A DNA stretch of 61,545 nucleotides, filler included, from Choristocarpus tenellus KU-1152 (GCA_964200185.2; 11 parts of 11 records of this genome joined end to end with filler, not necessarily neighbours in it); one strand, 5' to 3'; positions 1-13,480 are shown, counted from the first letter of the whole stretch. The notes: generated from the letters alone by a model not told the origin. Program-made: numbers and translations.

Positions 1-1458
1 GAGGTGGTGGTGAAGAAGCAGTGCATGGGCAAGGGGTGTATGTTAGTGGGGGGGGGGGGAGTCGAGGTCAGGATGCTACGGAGGCGGTGACAGCGGCAAG
101 GGCAAGTCGAGAGAGGGAGGGCCGTCAAAAGAGAGCTCTAGCTGAGAGGCAAACTGCAATTAAGGCTGTCAGGTGCGTTGGTGGCTAGAAGTGTAAGGTA
201 TTGGGCAGGAGGACTATATTAGTGTAAGATAAATAGAGTGCTACAGTGTATGCTTGATGTGCAGGGCTATTTTTCCCTTTTTGAGGTGGAAGGGTTAGGG
301 TTAGGGTTATTGTTTTTTGCACTGCTGACCACTGCAAATGGTAGTGCAGAATCATCCGTACCAATATACCTTCAACATACCTGCAATGCCACCCACCTCC
401 CACCTCCCACCTCCCACCTCCCACCTCCCACCTCCCACCTCCCACCTCCCACCTCCCCAACTCCTCCACCAATTATCTTCCCATTCTATGCTTCAGAGCA
501 TCCTGGCAGCAGAGACTGCATCGGGCCTCCACATCTAAGGAGAGCAGAAGAGGCCAGGTTGATATCTCAGCTATTATCCCAAGGGTTTCCACCTCACATG
601 GCTGCCACCACCCCTTGGACACAAGTGCACAGTCCCGACCCTCCTCTCACTATCGTTCCCCTGGTTCGGTCAGCCCCCCTCCTATTTCAGGAAGCAAGGG
701 CTGGAGTGAGGACCCTGATGGTGCCACTTTGAGGGTTGGAACTAGCGCACACACATCAGGCAAGTCTACTTCTCCATCCTGTGCCATATCTCCAGTCCCC
801 CCCCACCCACGTGATGGTAGCAGGCGGGGCGGTAGGTCCTCGAGAGGAAGCTCAGCAGGGGGAGCAATCCCGGGAGCAGGAGTGAGAAGGCATTCCCGTG
901 AGGTAGTTGGTGCAGGAACTGGGCCGGGGGCTGGGGGGGGGCGTGAGGAGAAGAGTAAGGTTGATAGTGAGGATGAGGGTGGTGGGGTTGGGTACTTTGA
1001 GTTAGAACGATTGGAGAAGGAGGATGGCGAGGTGCCGTCGTATGGTGTGGGGGAAGGGGAAGGGGAACAGTCGCAGACTGTTCCTGGAATGCGGATGTCG
1101 TTCAAGGTGAGATACTGTACCGGGGCTAGATACTGCACCAATCTGCTCGTTGGGTTAGGGTTAGGGTTAGGGTTAGGGTTAGGGGTGTCCTCTGAATTGA
1201 AGGGAGGAGAAGCGGCGGAAAGTTCTTGACTTGTTGGAAGTATGTTTGTTTTGTGTAGTGTGTTTATTGTGTGTATTGTGTTGACATATGTATTCCTGTG
1301 ACATGTAGCTTACGTGTATGCGTACGTGTCACTTTAAACTGATCTACAATCCTGTTTTTCTTCTTTTTTTTCCCTTATCACCCCTCTCTCTGTGCTATTG
1401 CAGGAGAGCTAATACTCTCTTGAACCTTTTGGCAATATAACTGTGTCTATTGTGTGTC

Positions 1459-1496
<38 letters not shown>

Positions 1497-2756
1497 GTGT
1501 GTGTGTGTGCATGTGTGTGTACCTTTTCAAACCAGGTATATGGAGATGTTTGGCGCTGGATGGTAGATCCCACCGTTGTTTCATTGGCAAAGAGGGTCTT
1601 GGAGGCAATGTTCATCCATGTTCACATCAACAGCATCGCTAACCAAGCCATGAAAATAGCCCAGGTGTGTCCTTGTATGTACAACATATTGAGGAGAAGT
1701 ACCTGTAACTGTCATTCCTAGTAACTGTTATTCCTACCTTGCTACTGCGTACCCTCTCCCTGCCTACCCCAATGAGGAAACCACTGCATATCCCAACCCC
1801 CCTTCTTATCCCTGTAATCAAGTCCCCCTGCCAATGCATCCCACCATGCCCCTCCCCTGTCTCCTATCCTTGTGCGTCTGTGACTCTGTGACTCTGGTCT
1901 TGAGCAGACCTTCCCTAACCTATCCACATTGCGACTCCTGGACAATGACATCAGAACACTCTCCCAGCTGGAAAGGCTCGGACCTATTCTAAAGCACCTA
2001 AAGTCTCTCTTTCTCGGGGATGCCAATCCATTAGTTCATCTTGTGTCCCCACCAGCCCTCGGTGCGTGGGTCCATACTCAGGGATGCAGATTGGTTCTAT
2101 TGGAAACACAAGACACATCCTTGGATGAGTTTGCCACTCTTCAGCCCTGCTCAACGGCATGGACAACAGCAGGGGATGGTGGCGGAGGCCATAGACCCAG
2201 AGGAGATCCCTTGGAGGAAGCTGGGGTAGTGGATGGGGCCCCCCCTCCTGCTGCCCTTGGTCCTGATATGGATTCCCTGATTGGTCAGGAATCTGTGGGA
2301 TCCAAAGAAATGTCAAAGGTGGCAGTGGGAGGGGGCAGTGGGGCTAGTGGGACAGGGGTTGTTGATAATGAGCTTAGATGTTTGAAGGCTGGGATATGTA
2401 CAGATGACTCCGAGGTTAGGGTTAGGGATTCCTTTCACCGTCTCGTGAAAGTGAGGGCTCGGGCTGCTGGCTCTGGGTGGGGCAAGGTTGCTCTGGAGCA
2501 GGTTTGGTGGCAGGGATTGGGACCAGGGCCCCCAGTAGTGGATGAAGAGGCAGCAGACCAGGGTCCAGATGATGTTCCAGGGGTAGGGATAGGTATGGGA
2601 GAGGGGGTAGAGAAGAAGACTGGGGAGCAGGGACTGAGAGGAAGCAGTGCGCAAAATGTACCACTATCACACGAAGGTGTTGGCCCGTTTCATTGCAGGA
2701 ACAGTTCAAAGTGGTCATCAAGTGAGATGATCGCCGAGCGCTTGTGTGATGGAGTG
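1..2756 (+). CDS. LRRC49: LRRC49-like leucine-rich repeat protein (tubulin polyglutamylase complex-associated), 5'-partial, spliced
   Basis: Phase-consistent GT-AG exons <1-172, 497-1106, 1536-1664 and 1908-2756. Strong donor GTGAGT at 2757; the ORF otherwise stops at 2819. The spliced product ERQTAIKAVRASWQQR...GYFELE...VYGDVW...FIHVHINSI...TFPNLSTLRLLDNDIRTLSQLERL...LKSLFLGDANPLV resembles, from recall, the LRRC49 C-terminal region (FPN..L...N...L.Q...L....L....NP). Confidence 0.7.
387..458 (+). repeat. (CCCACCT)n heptamer microsatellite in intron
   Basis: About 10 tandem copies are directly visible. Confidence 0.9.
1152..1183 (+). repeat. Interstitial telomeric-type (TTAGGG)n tract in intron
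   Basis: About 5 tandem TTAGGG units; shorter tracts at 294-307, 2414-2428, 11449-11460 and 52811-52822. Confidence 0.85.
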
Positions 2757-2849
2757 GTGAGTAAGCCGTACCCCTTTGGAGAGGGATGTAGTGCGGTAGG
2801 ACTGGGTTGTTGTGGTTGAGTGATGAGATTGAAGCAAAGGAAGGACTGG

Positions 2850-3009
2850 TAAGAGAGTAGTGTGTTTGATAAGAGAGTAGTGTCTTTGATAAGAGAGTAG
2901 TGTCTTTGATAAGAGAGTAGTGTCTTTGATAAGAGAGTAGTGTCTTTGATAAGAGAGTAGTGTCTTTGATAAGAGAGTAGTGTCTTTGATAAGAGATAAG
3001 TGTCTTTGA
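2850..3009 (+). repeat. 20-bp minisatellite (TAAGAGAGTAGTGTCTTTGA) x8
   Basis: Eight near-identical tandem units with no spacers. Confidence 0.95.
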
Positions 3010-4268
3010 TCCTTCTTCTCATTTGATTGGTCAACGGTCTTTGGTTGTTGTGGGGTTGTGCTCTATTCAGTTTGGAGAAGGGTGGGGGGAGGGGGTGGTA
3101 GGTGGTCCCATCCATGCATTATTGGTATTGAATGCAACGCTCTGTATGATCTGGAAGTGCTCTGCATTTTTGAATTGAGTAAATCTAGTAGTAGTAGCAG
3201 TAGTAGTGTTGCAATTGAGTAGCTTTGTCACATATTGAGATAGGATAGTTCGGTCTTGCCTGGTGTTCAGAAGGAGTAGTGTAGCAAGAGACTCCCGCCA
3301 TGATGTGTGCTCCATGTCCCTGGTCATCTTCCATATTGGATCGTAGTATGATATTGTTTATGTAGCTGAACACAGCTCAATCGTGCATTCCAGCATGAAG
3401 TACAACGTATAGGGTTGAATGGGTTGGTGACCTGCTCTGAAAGTCAACCTATCTTTGATCACTAGATACACATGAACCGTTCCAGCCCATTTCTCCAGGG
3501 AAAGACTCAACTATAAGCCAGGATGGCAACTACATTACCCATTGATGACTGTGGACAGTGTCCCGTCCACACACATTTCTTCCTCCGCCCATACTCTCCT
3601 ACAACTCTACAACACGACTTCAGTTTCCATAGCCAGAGTGTACCCTGAGGCCTTGAGTCTCTCTCTCTCTCTCTCTTATCTCTCTTATATTATTTTCTTG
3701 TCAAGGAAAATAAAAAGGATAAAGTGGAGAGGACCGGGTATATTCTCTGGATCAAAAAATATGTATATACATCCTATTGCCTCAATGCTGACCGATCAAA
3801 TGCCCCCCACTCAGTGGGTTTTTTCCTGCTTATCCCGTCCGTCCGTCCGTCCTTGTTCGTTGTGATCTGTATTAGATACGCATTGTATCGGAGAATCACA
3901 GAAAAAGAGAAAATTTCCACACCGCCTGGGAGAAGACTATTGGGAATATTGTTATGGTGAGAGGTGGCACATTATGGGACTGGGTGGAGTCGATTTGGCC
4001 TACAACCCTACAGAGATATTCTGGGAGAGGAGGAAGAAGAGGATTCAACACATGAAGTGTTTTTATTAATGAAATAGCAGGTCTAGTTTGATATGCTGAT
4101 GGCGTTGGTGTTGGTCATGGTCGTGGTGCACCTTTTTGATATTTGCATTGGTAGCTGTCCAGGCATACTAATGGCATTTGCCTTGCAGCACGTATGTCCT
4201 AGCTCTGCTTCAAACAATTGCATTGTTGGCTCAAAGTATCTAGGGGGGGGGGGGGGGCGGCTGTCCAT

Positions 4269-4368
4269 NNNNNNNNNNNNNNNNNNNNNNNNNNNNNNNN
4301 NNNNNNNNNNNNTTAATTAATTAANNNNNNNNNNNNNNNNNNNNNNNNNNNNNNNNNNNNNNNNNNNN
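4269..4368. other. Artificial contig linker N44-TTAATTAATTAA-N44
   Basis: Fixed 100-bp spacer with stop codons in all six frames. Identical linkers at 7070-7169, 17356-17455, 20031-20130, 25574-25673, 31568-31667, 34350-34449, 38267-38366, 51386-51485 and 58285-58384. Confidence 0.97.
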
Positions 4369-6402
4369 GACAGATTTTTTCCGTTAGAATGAAACCATGG
4401 AATTCTCTTCATGTGACCAATCCCATAGACTTGGGACAGCTCGTCATTCAGAGTTGTCACACATGGATGCAACTAGTACTAGATCCCGAATCCTCTACCC
4501 TACAAATATTGAAAATAATTATTGCATGTACAGCACCATGCAAGTTGGATGATCTCATGACCTGTCAGGAATTTTACCTGTGTGAGCATTTTCGTACCTC
4601 TAGTATTCATTTAGATGGTAGCACGAGAATTTCTGGCGCCCCCCTGGTTCATTTAGGTGAAAAGGATTTACTCACCAATAAATACAATGATGAAGTCAAT
4701 TGGAGCTGTAGGCTGTTGTGTTGGTATGTGCCTATGAATTCTATGCTCCAACAAAGTTTTACGTTCAATTTTACAGGTAGGAATTTCTACCAAATAGGCG
4801 GGATTGTTGTGGAGATGAGCCCTGCTCACTCACCGGAAAATCAATAATATGTGTTTTGTACCATGAATTTACATCTTTACAAAAATTGATATTCAACTAC
4901 ATACACTACATAGAATGCTCAATGAATCAGGCGCCACCTGTCCCTCATACTACCATTGTTACACCACGCTCCAGAAGCTTACCTCCACGGGATGTATAGA
5001 TCCGATCCACAAGCCTATCGAAGATGTTGATGCTCGTGCAAGCCTCTCAGGATACTTCAGCAGTCCAGATGTCCGACACGTGGGGCAGGTTAGTCGAACA
5101 GGAAGTGCTTCTCATTTTTAACATCGATGGGTAAATTGCATCAAACATAAGAAGTGTTTAGGAGGGCTGTTGATTGGCAGCGCTCTTTATTTCTTTTATT
5201 ATCATTTGCCTTTTATTTTGGTTTGGTTAACAAAAGTAGGAATACATCTGAAAACCGTTGCGACATTTCCAAGCTACAGATCTTACTCTGCAACCTTTAG
5301 CAAATCGGAGTTCCTCTTTATAAGGTTCCCTACGTGTCTATATTGCTGCTCGCGCTTGTTAGAATATGAAAAGAAATACTTGCGCTTTTCACCTGTAACA
5401 TGCCCCCCAGCGTGAACTAGGAATATATGTTTCACGCTTACCACAGGCGATAATCATTGATCAGGACAATAAATATCATCCATCACCTTAGATTGTGCTG
5501 TGTCAATCGTCATTTGGCAACATAGGGGCTCCCGTTCCGACTCTGCCGAATGTTTCCAATATAGGGACTCCAGCTCCAACTCTGTTGGTTGTTTCCATCC
5601 AACGTAGGGACTCCAGTTCCAAATTAACCCATGGATTCCAACAATGATCGACAAATCCCCTCGTTTACTTTGAGAATGGATCCCCAAACGTCATAAGACA
5701 CAGTCAAAATCAATGTATGTCTGACCTACTCAGAGTATATACTTTCGTAAAAAAGATATAACTCCAACTAGGCCCAAAATAGCTCAACAAACACCATTGT
5801 TTTCCTTGGGAAAATTTGTCCCAAGGGTTACAGAATACCACCAGAGTAAGTTTTTGCGTCTGGCCTAATTTGAGTATACACTACTTGCTCCTTGTGAAAC
5901 ACACCTTCAAAATTTGCCAAGTATATACCTCTGACATAGCCTAAAATGAATGGGTCCCCAGTTCCGATCCCCCCAATCACAGATGTGATAAATTGATATC
6001 CATGTTCCCTTTGAAAGTGTCTGTCCACAAGGTCACAGGATACAATCTCCGTCAAATTTTGTCTGGCCTAATCCGAGCATACACTTGTTCCTTCTGAACT
6101 GGATCTTCAAAAGTTAAGTATATAGTTCTGATTAGGTCTACAATAAATGGGTCCTCCCCGTTCCAATATTCCCAGTTACAAATGTTAGTGCTATCAAGGA
6201 AAACTTATTCATACTTTTCATGACCTATTTGACATCTGATGATTGCCTGTCCTACGCTCCCCAAGCATAAAGCAGCATACCCAAGGCTGCTAGTGTGTTT
6301 AACAGGCAATGACCAAAACATAAAAACAAAAAATAAATAGTGGCTAATGGGAGCACAACAAAAAAATGAGGGGAAAAAAATATAACGGAGAAATAAACAG
6401 AA

Positions 6403-6663
6403 GAGTGAAAGTATCCTAGAGGGTAGGATTTTTCCCCTGCTTGTCCATTTGGGGCTTGGCTTCCCACGAGTTTTTAATGACATTTTACCTACTCCAAAAT
6501 GTTTCGGAGATCTAAAATGCATATATGTAATGAAAAGGTGTGTCTAGAACAAGGACATATTAACACTTCCTCTCAAACATGATAGGCAAAATTACATCAA
6601 ACTGTCAACATTAGAGTTTGGTCGCCAATAGACACGACTCTACCCTCTAAGATAATTTGACTT
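6403..6663 (-). mobile_element. MITE family A (~260 bp)
   Basis: TIRs GAGTSAAAGTATCTTAGAGGGTA; internal sequence shared with 9 other copies in the window. Confidence 0.8.
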
Positions 6664-6685
6664 AGAAAGGAAATCAAATCAAATC

Positions 6686-6905
6686 AATGGTTTGTTTTGC
6701 TCACGAATTCTGGATTATTATTATTAGCTTATTCCTTGTTTGCCACTCCCTTATTCTCCATTCCTTTCCTTTCCCATGTACTCCTTCCTCTGACCAGTCC
6801 CTTGCGACCCCTTCGCAGCTGGTTTCCTATTTACTCCCCCATGAGATGACCAACCAGTGTGAATGCCCTTCGTCACTGATTTCCGGTCACCCCCACCACC
6901 TTTCA
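6686..6905 (+). repeat. Interspersed element with internal ~55-bp subrepeats
   Basis: The end motif TTTGTTTTGCTCACGAA..CTGGATTAT and the GACCAACCAGTG..ACTGATTTCC.GTCACCC subrepeats also occur inverted at 25674-25983. Confidence 0.55.
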
Positions 6906-7935
6906 ACCCCACACAAGTTACCGCTCCCCTCAACCCCACAGCAGTTCCCACTCCACAATCATCCAAGAACACCCCTTCATGATCCACTTCAAACCGTGCC
7001 TTTGAGCTAGAAGACATCTACCCCGCCGGAACTTGACCTCCCCCCCCCCCCCCCCTCCCCCCCCCCTCCNNNNNNNNNNNNNNNNNNNNNNNNNNNNNNN
7101 NNNNNNNNNNNNNTTAATTAATTAANNNNNNNNNNNNNNNNNNNNNNNNNNNNNNNNNNNNNNNNNNNNCCCCCCCCTCCCAGATACTTTGGGTCACTCC
7201 AGAGAGGAATATTATATCTATGGCCAGTTTGGTAATGTTCTTTATTACACTCAGGTTGGCCTCATCATGGCCATGCCTCCCATCTTACTACCCACTCTTC
7301 TTCAATCTTCTATCCTGTATTACTGGTATAAGCACTAAACAAAATATATATAGTAATACTTCTAAACGATATTCTATTATACTATTTTTCTATTTTTAGA
7401 CTGTTGAGTGTCCGAAAAAACAAACAAACTGATTTGTCTTGAAACCTGAGTTCGTATCTATCATATCTAGACAAATCAAATGAGTAGAATATGTTTGAAC
7501 AGATGGTTCCTGTATGTGGGTGGATAACCACTCTAATCATCCGCCATGACGTTGAGATAAGCGAACGTATTAAGACAAAAAAATAGATATGAAACAAGTC
7601 TCCTAAGGGTGACAACGAGCCCAGAACACACACAAAGCAGCCAACCATGACAAACCTCCTGTTTTGAAGAAAAATATATCATTCGAACGATCCTTCAAAC
7701 CAGAAAGATAGAAACGAAACAAATCAGCCAAGTGTGACAACAAGTCCAGAGCACATGCAAAGCCCACCACGACAAAGCCTGCTGTTGTACAAAACACATA
7801 TTTTTTCAAACGATCCTAGGGTGCAACATGCACAACTGTCCTCATTACGAACTCTTCACAACTACACTAAGAATAGTAGTACTTGCAACATATAATTGGT
7901 ACACTCCTGAGGGGCCAACAAAATGGTAGAAGTGA

Positions 7936-10900
7936 CTACGCTGCTTGCAGCACAGTAAGTTCTTGCTCTACTACACTTTTGACATCATTCGATTCCGATG
8001 CTGAGGCTCCCTGAGTAGTGACTTCTTCTTTTCCTCTACAATACCCCTCTCTACCCACATCTTTTGCATTAAGCCTCACACCTCCTACCAGGAGAAGAAG
8101 TGCTGCTGATGGTAGAATAGCAGAGTATGCAAAACAAAGAGAAGCTCCAAGTTCATCGTAAAGAAATCCTCCGATTATCGATCCACATCCAACACCTATG
8201 CCAAACACAATACCATTCGACAATCCCTGCATGGTGGCCTTGAGATGAGCTTTTGAGGAGGGAAACGCGGCAGTGGAATGAGGGATGCATCAGAATTAAG
8301 GGCTGTATTTGCACTAGCAACAAAGCAGAGTGTAACTAACCAAGTGTACTTGCAACAAACATCTCAGTATCTCACACTGCACTGGGTGTGTCCACATCGA
8401 TCACTATTGCATATTCTTGCACACCAATTGATACAGGCCTTACCAAGAATGAGCAGAACAACACAAATCCACAAGGGAGGAGAAGTTCTGTGTGTGAAGG
8501 CTAAAGACTGATATGGAGGGATCTGTAAGCGAGGAATATGTGTAAAAATGCAACTTACATGGTGCAATATGTTCAGCATATTGGACAGTGGTTCCCCACA
8601 TTAGTGCAAAGGTTAGACCGTGCAGTGGCTCAATGGGAAGGACCATCCAAGGGTCACGCAACTGCGAGTAGTAGGCGAAGCGTATCAATAAGGCCACTTC
8701 AGTCAGTACCATTGTCCACCTAAAACCAGCTCTTCTCATCAAAGGGACGCAGAAAAATCACCAGATCATTAAGTGAAATGCACATTCCAACACATAGGGA
8801 TGAAGTCAGTTGTATGTAAGGAGATAGGGAGGCACTTCTCGATCTCGGTAGGAGTTTGAGTTTCTCAAACAGGTGAACAACGACATACTAAAAACAACTG
8901 AACAAGTTTCTATCCAAGGTAGAAACACAAGTCGCACAAAGGTGCGTGCAAATAGAACTAGTGGGGGTTATTTTCTTGTTGATGTGCTTGAGTGCCAAAC
9001 TGCAACCTTTGTGTAAATGGGACTGCCTACATGTCATACCAAGTTGATAGGAAGTATTTGCGCTGTAATATCCCCAGTAATACCCCTCAAATTTTGTGCA
9101 GCAAACAAACCCTCAGTTTGACAAAATACATCAGGTAAGTGTTGGAGTAGTACGGTATGAAAAAAGCATAGAAATCGTCAAAGCTTGTGCAGACTATTTG
9201 CTCAGCAGAGGACATAAAATATAGCAATGGCAGAGTGAGCAGAATGATATGACTGTGAGGAAAAACGATTATGTATTTTTCGAAATGATCTTGATTGTGA
9301 TGTACACCATTATGTGAAATCCCCTAGATTTTTTTCCGCTGGTAAACCATGTTGTAGAAAACAATGGAAACTCAAGCCTTTTTGTATGCCCTGTTGTCCA
9401 GCAAGCACAAATTGTAATAGAGTCAGACTCAGTATAGGGAGTTCCACGTATAAAATTTGTCACATTCTTATCGATTGAGTGTTGAGGGTGAGTATCATTG
9501 TCGTCGATTACTACTACACTCCTGAGGAGATTTCCGCAACCAGACTAAAAGTTTCCCTACAAGCAAAGAAGTGAAACAGTTGATGCTGTGAGGAAAAAGA
9601 TGCCAGAGGTGAACAATATTGATTACTAGAAACAACTAATGCCGTACTGTATAATCCCTAAATACCGTAAAGTATACAAACAAACATATTGGACTTATCA
9701 AACCTCAGCATTTGCTAATGCAGAACTACACATGTGTACCAAACATTTGTGAAGAGTGTGAAGATGCTGCCATCACCATCATCAACACCTATTTCATAAA
9801 CCTCATACTATTTCAAACATGCATCAACCTGGATTTCACATAATCCTTCCTAAGTTTCATCTCACTTTTCTATTAATAACCCAGAGAAGTAAAAGCATGG
9901 AGCCTCGACCATAAACATCACCGCCTTTGCAATTCCCATAGTCAATCTGGATCCTCCAAGCTCTGCAATCCTACAAGGTTCCCAGAGTACAGAAAAGGTG
10001 TATTAAGATTGTGACAAGCTTTACGCTCTAGCTTGTGTTGGTTGTTTCCTTCCCATGGGTGGATGAATCATCACATTGTCATGCAATACTGAAAAATCTT
10101 GCTTTTTATCACTTAGATCATGCACTATATACACCTTGCTGTAATCCCCAGTATTTGGTTGACAAGAAAAAATGCACCTAAAGTAGTGAAGGGGCGAAGG
10201 GGTCAATAGCAATGGAACAAGTGGACATGGAGGGTGGATTTGTTTCTCCTTTGGGGCCATAACAAGATTGATAGGTATGGTAGGCAACATGAAATAAGAA
10301 AAATATTTACACAAGGAGAGTATACCCTCTATATTGTTATATCAAGCCATGAGATGCAATCGCCTGCGACCACCCCTGCCACTTCATTCTTGGCATTCTG
10401 AGGGAAGAAGTCAGAACTACTGCAGATTGCTGGTCCACTCATGTGGCAAGTCAGCAGCATTCATACACATCCTACTCAGCACCTGATAAAGAGGAAATTA
10501 TCAATGATGGCTTTTCCAACACCACCCAGAAAGGTTGCAGCATAGAAGGATGCAATTTGTGGGGAACCTAGCAGGATTCGAACTGCTGACATGACACTGA
10601 TGTCCCTGGGTACTGCCATTCTCCTCCACCTGTTGTCCCACAAGCAACTGGCATGGGAGGCAAAGATGTCAGGGTGGGGGATGAAGTACCGAAGTGTGTT
10701 TCCACAACATTCCTGGTAGAGACAAAATTGGATCAGGTCTAGTCATTATCAAAGTTGCATTGGAATTATATGTATGCACCAATGATGGGGCAGAAATAAT
10801 AAATGTAGTAATTTGATACTCGATGATAAGAATATAAATGAACTACATCATTCACTCTCCTCTCCAAAAATATGAGGGTATGCACATTTATGAAGAGCTG

Positions 10901-12977
10901 ATCTCGTTACATATGTGGAGATATAGTTTGGTGCCCAAGCATCAGCAAAACACACAAGTTTCAGTTGCGCAACTAACAACCTCCGGTCAAGAGCTCCAAA
11001 TAACAACCACAAAAATAGAACATTCCATTCGGTTCAAGGAAGGCAAATACGGCTCAAAAATGCCTTCTGCATCTGATCAAACATCACAACATACCTATGA
11101 TCATTCTCAGTGTCTGACTGCTCATGGTAGTGCATGTTGTCTTCTGGGAGGAAACCCACACAAAAAAACACAACGATTGTTAGTCCAGCAAAGATAATCA
11201 CAACACCAGAATATCCTGCCTTGGTGCCAGCAAAGATTCCTGAAGTAATTGCAAAAATTCCCCCTCCAAATGCCCCCCATGTACGATGGAGCGGGTATCT
11301 AAATTAGAAGGAAGGTTAGAGACACACAGCTCAGGTTGGAATAACAGCCAATGGAATTGGCAGCAGTAAGGCATGTAGCACAAAACGTTGAGCAACATTG
11401 CAAAGGTTAAATTATAAGATCACAAGAGCTTAAAAAAAAGGAAGGCAACCCTAACCCTAAATGATAATCAAACTTATTCAACTGCTGTTGATGAACCAGA
11501 TTGTCCCTCCCAAATACTTTGTGCGAGCTATGCGCAGCACATGATTCATACACAATGTCCATGGCAGGCAATTCGCAAGAAGTTGTGATGACGTTGATAT
11601 ACAACAATGAATTTCTACATTATATAATGCAAGGCATCTTCTATGTTATGGAAGTGTTTCTCAAGTTGAGTCATAGTGTCCTAAACCATTTTTTCCAGCA
11701 AGGTATTTAATTGCTACAAAGTAAATTAGGAAGAACTCTGTATAGGGAGGAGGTGGATTATGATTCAATAATGGTTCGCTCACACAGACTCCCTTCTTAC
11801 CACAATGAGTCCACAGCCCAAGGTTAGTCAGTGACCATATATGATTTCCCATTACTAGATCATGGCTCTATATGGACATGTGCGAGAAAACGAATTCCAT
11901 TGCAAGCAGTTTGATACCTAGCTCCGTTACTCATGCCCGTGAAATAAAAGTTTTCCTCACCCTTTTACTCCGTACTCTTTGATAACGCACAGGTTGATGA
12001 GACTGAAGATTGAACAGCTAGACAACGCTGATGCAGTTTCTATCAAAGCCACATCTGAGAAACTTTCTACAAATATCACGGGAGTACACAATATACCCCA
12101 AAGCAAGAGACAAATACGGAGCATCTGAAAGCAAAAAGGTAAGCACAAGGGGCAAGAGTAGGAATTACAGATCTGAGATACACATGGCAATCCACACATA
12201 GTGGTGTAACATGCGATATTTTGAAGCGAAAAAGTCATAGGCAATTTGTTGGCTCAGCTTGCTGCATATCACAGCCAGGTGGTCAGTTCCTGACACCTTG
12301 CACAGAGGATGGAATGCGAGGTGAGACAAGAACTAGACAGAAGACATGATCGTACTCCGTGTATCTTACACACCGGCATTATGGAAGTGTGGATGGCGGC
12401 ATCACAGCACACCTTCAAGGTATTATAAATGCGCACTTTTTTCTTCAACATATTGTTGTCCATCTTCTGGTCGTTGACAGACCGAATGGGTACATGATCA
12501 ATGCGACCCCGTCCAACCCTCTATAACCTCAAACCTTTTTATGAATTTTATACCGGTCAACTAAGGAGCACAAAAGCGGACTGATGAAGAGTTTAGCCAT
12601 TGGAGTGATAGCCGCAACGATTCCGACTTGGCGTCCTGTCAAAGGTCGTTCAAGAGCATATCGTCATAGGGAAGGGGATCAAAAACAAAAATTCTGGTGG
12701 AATAGGAACATACCTGGTGTCGTATCCTATGTATTGCTGCGATGCAACTTATAAGAGCTAAGAGTGAAGGGAAAGGGGTGGGTGATGATGGATGTAGCAA
12801 CATGGTGTCAAGAGGTGCAAGGCGGGATAAGCACATTGCTGCAGTGGCCTCAAGAGCAATGGGCATACCTGTGAGTCCTTTGCTGCTCCATACTAGAGGG
12901 AAAAAGGTCTGGGTGATCCCACATATGGCTTCACTGAAGAAGTACAATATGCTTCCCTTCGCTACAACTGGGAACAT
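7936..12977 (-). CDS. MFS transporter, MFSD6-like (MFS_1_like family), 7 exons, apparently complete
   Basis: Phase-consistent exons 12714-12977 (ATG), 11961-12124, 11095-11298, 10483-10629, 9866-9970, 8559-8731 and 7936-8249 (stop). Motifs: LYFFSEAICGITQTFFPL..KGLT, YPLHRTWGAFGGG, FLGGVGKAIIDNFLFIRIAELGGS..EAPCFYFSGLLIEKAG, RFAYYSQL.DPWMVLPIEPLHGLTFALMW, APSHLKATMQGL..G.G.G.GSIIGGFLY. Confidence 0.85.
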
Positions 12978-13162
12978 GGTATTCTCCTCCCATTGAGCAG
13001 ATGTAACACGTATGTACTATTTACCCAGTCGTGTATTAGATCTTTCTTTAGTTCAATCATTATGTATGTGGCGTTTCTTTCAAATGACCATCGTAACTGA
13101 TCCGTTGGAAATAGAGAGATGACAACAACTACCATAAATAGGAAAATAATTGAGGACATTTT

Positions 13163-13245
13163 ATATACACATATATGTATATAGTTTTCATTGGTTTTCC
13201 CCCCTGACACATCTGCAAAATGTCAGAGGGCATAATAATAAAAAT
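13163..13245 (+). mobile_element. Dispersed repeat terminus: CTGACA...TGTCAG stem-loop plus CATAATAATAAA tail (probable LINE/SINE 3' end)
   Basis: One of 8 copies that share the same 3' end. Confidence 0.55.
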
Positions 13246-13418
13246 AATTGTACAGAATAAATTTACAATCAGAAGTCTTACCTACCACCTCATGTTCTAC
13301 CAACAGTGTTTTTCATTATGTAGTGAAACTTCTCATTTCTAGATGGAACGAATAGTGAAGAATAATATTTTCCACGTTCATGATATTATATTTCCTTAGG
13401 GCTTCTACTGACATACGT

Positions 13419-13480
13419 ATAGTTTTCATTTCTTTCCCTCCTGACATATCTGGAAAATGTCAGAGGGCATAATAATAAAA
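13419..13480 (+). mobile_element. Stem-loop/(TAA)-tail repeat copy
   Basis: CCTGACATATCTGGAAAATGTCAGAGGGCATAATAATAAAA. Confidence 0.5.

Noticed and set aside
185-1141. ORFs 185-472, 238-732, 338-538 and 650-1141
   Set aside because: These are translations of microsatellite, or antisense and alternate frames of LRRC49 exon 2.
2850-3009. CRISPR-like array or repetitive ORF 2690-3115
   Set aside because: It is a pure 20-bp tandem repeat, and the ORF is just its translation.
4313-4324. TTAATTAATTAA as a biological motif
   Set aside because: It is always centred in a fixed 100-bp N block, so it is an assembly linker.
4389-4847. 152-aa ORF
   Set aside because: No recognisable motif or splice-consistent context.
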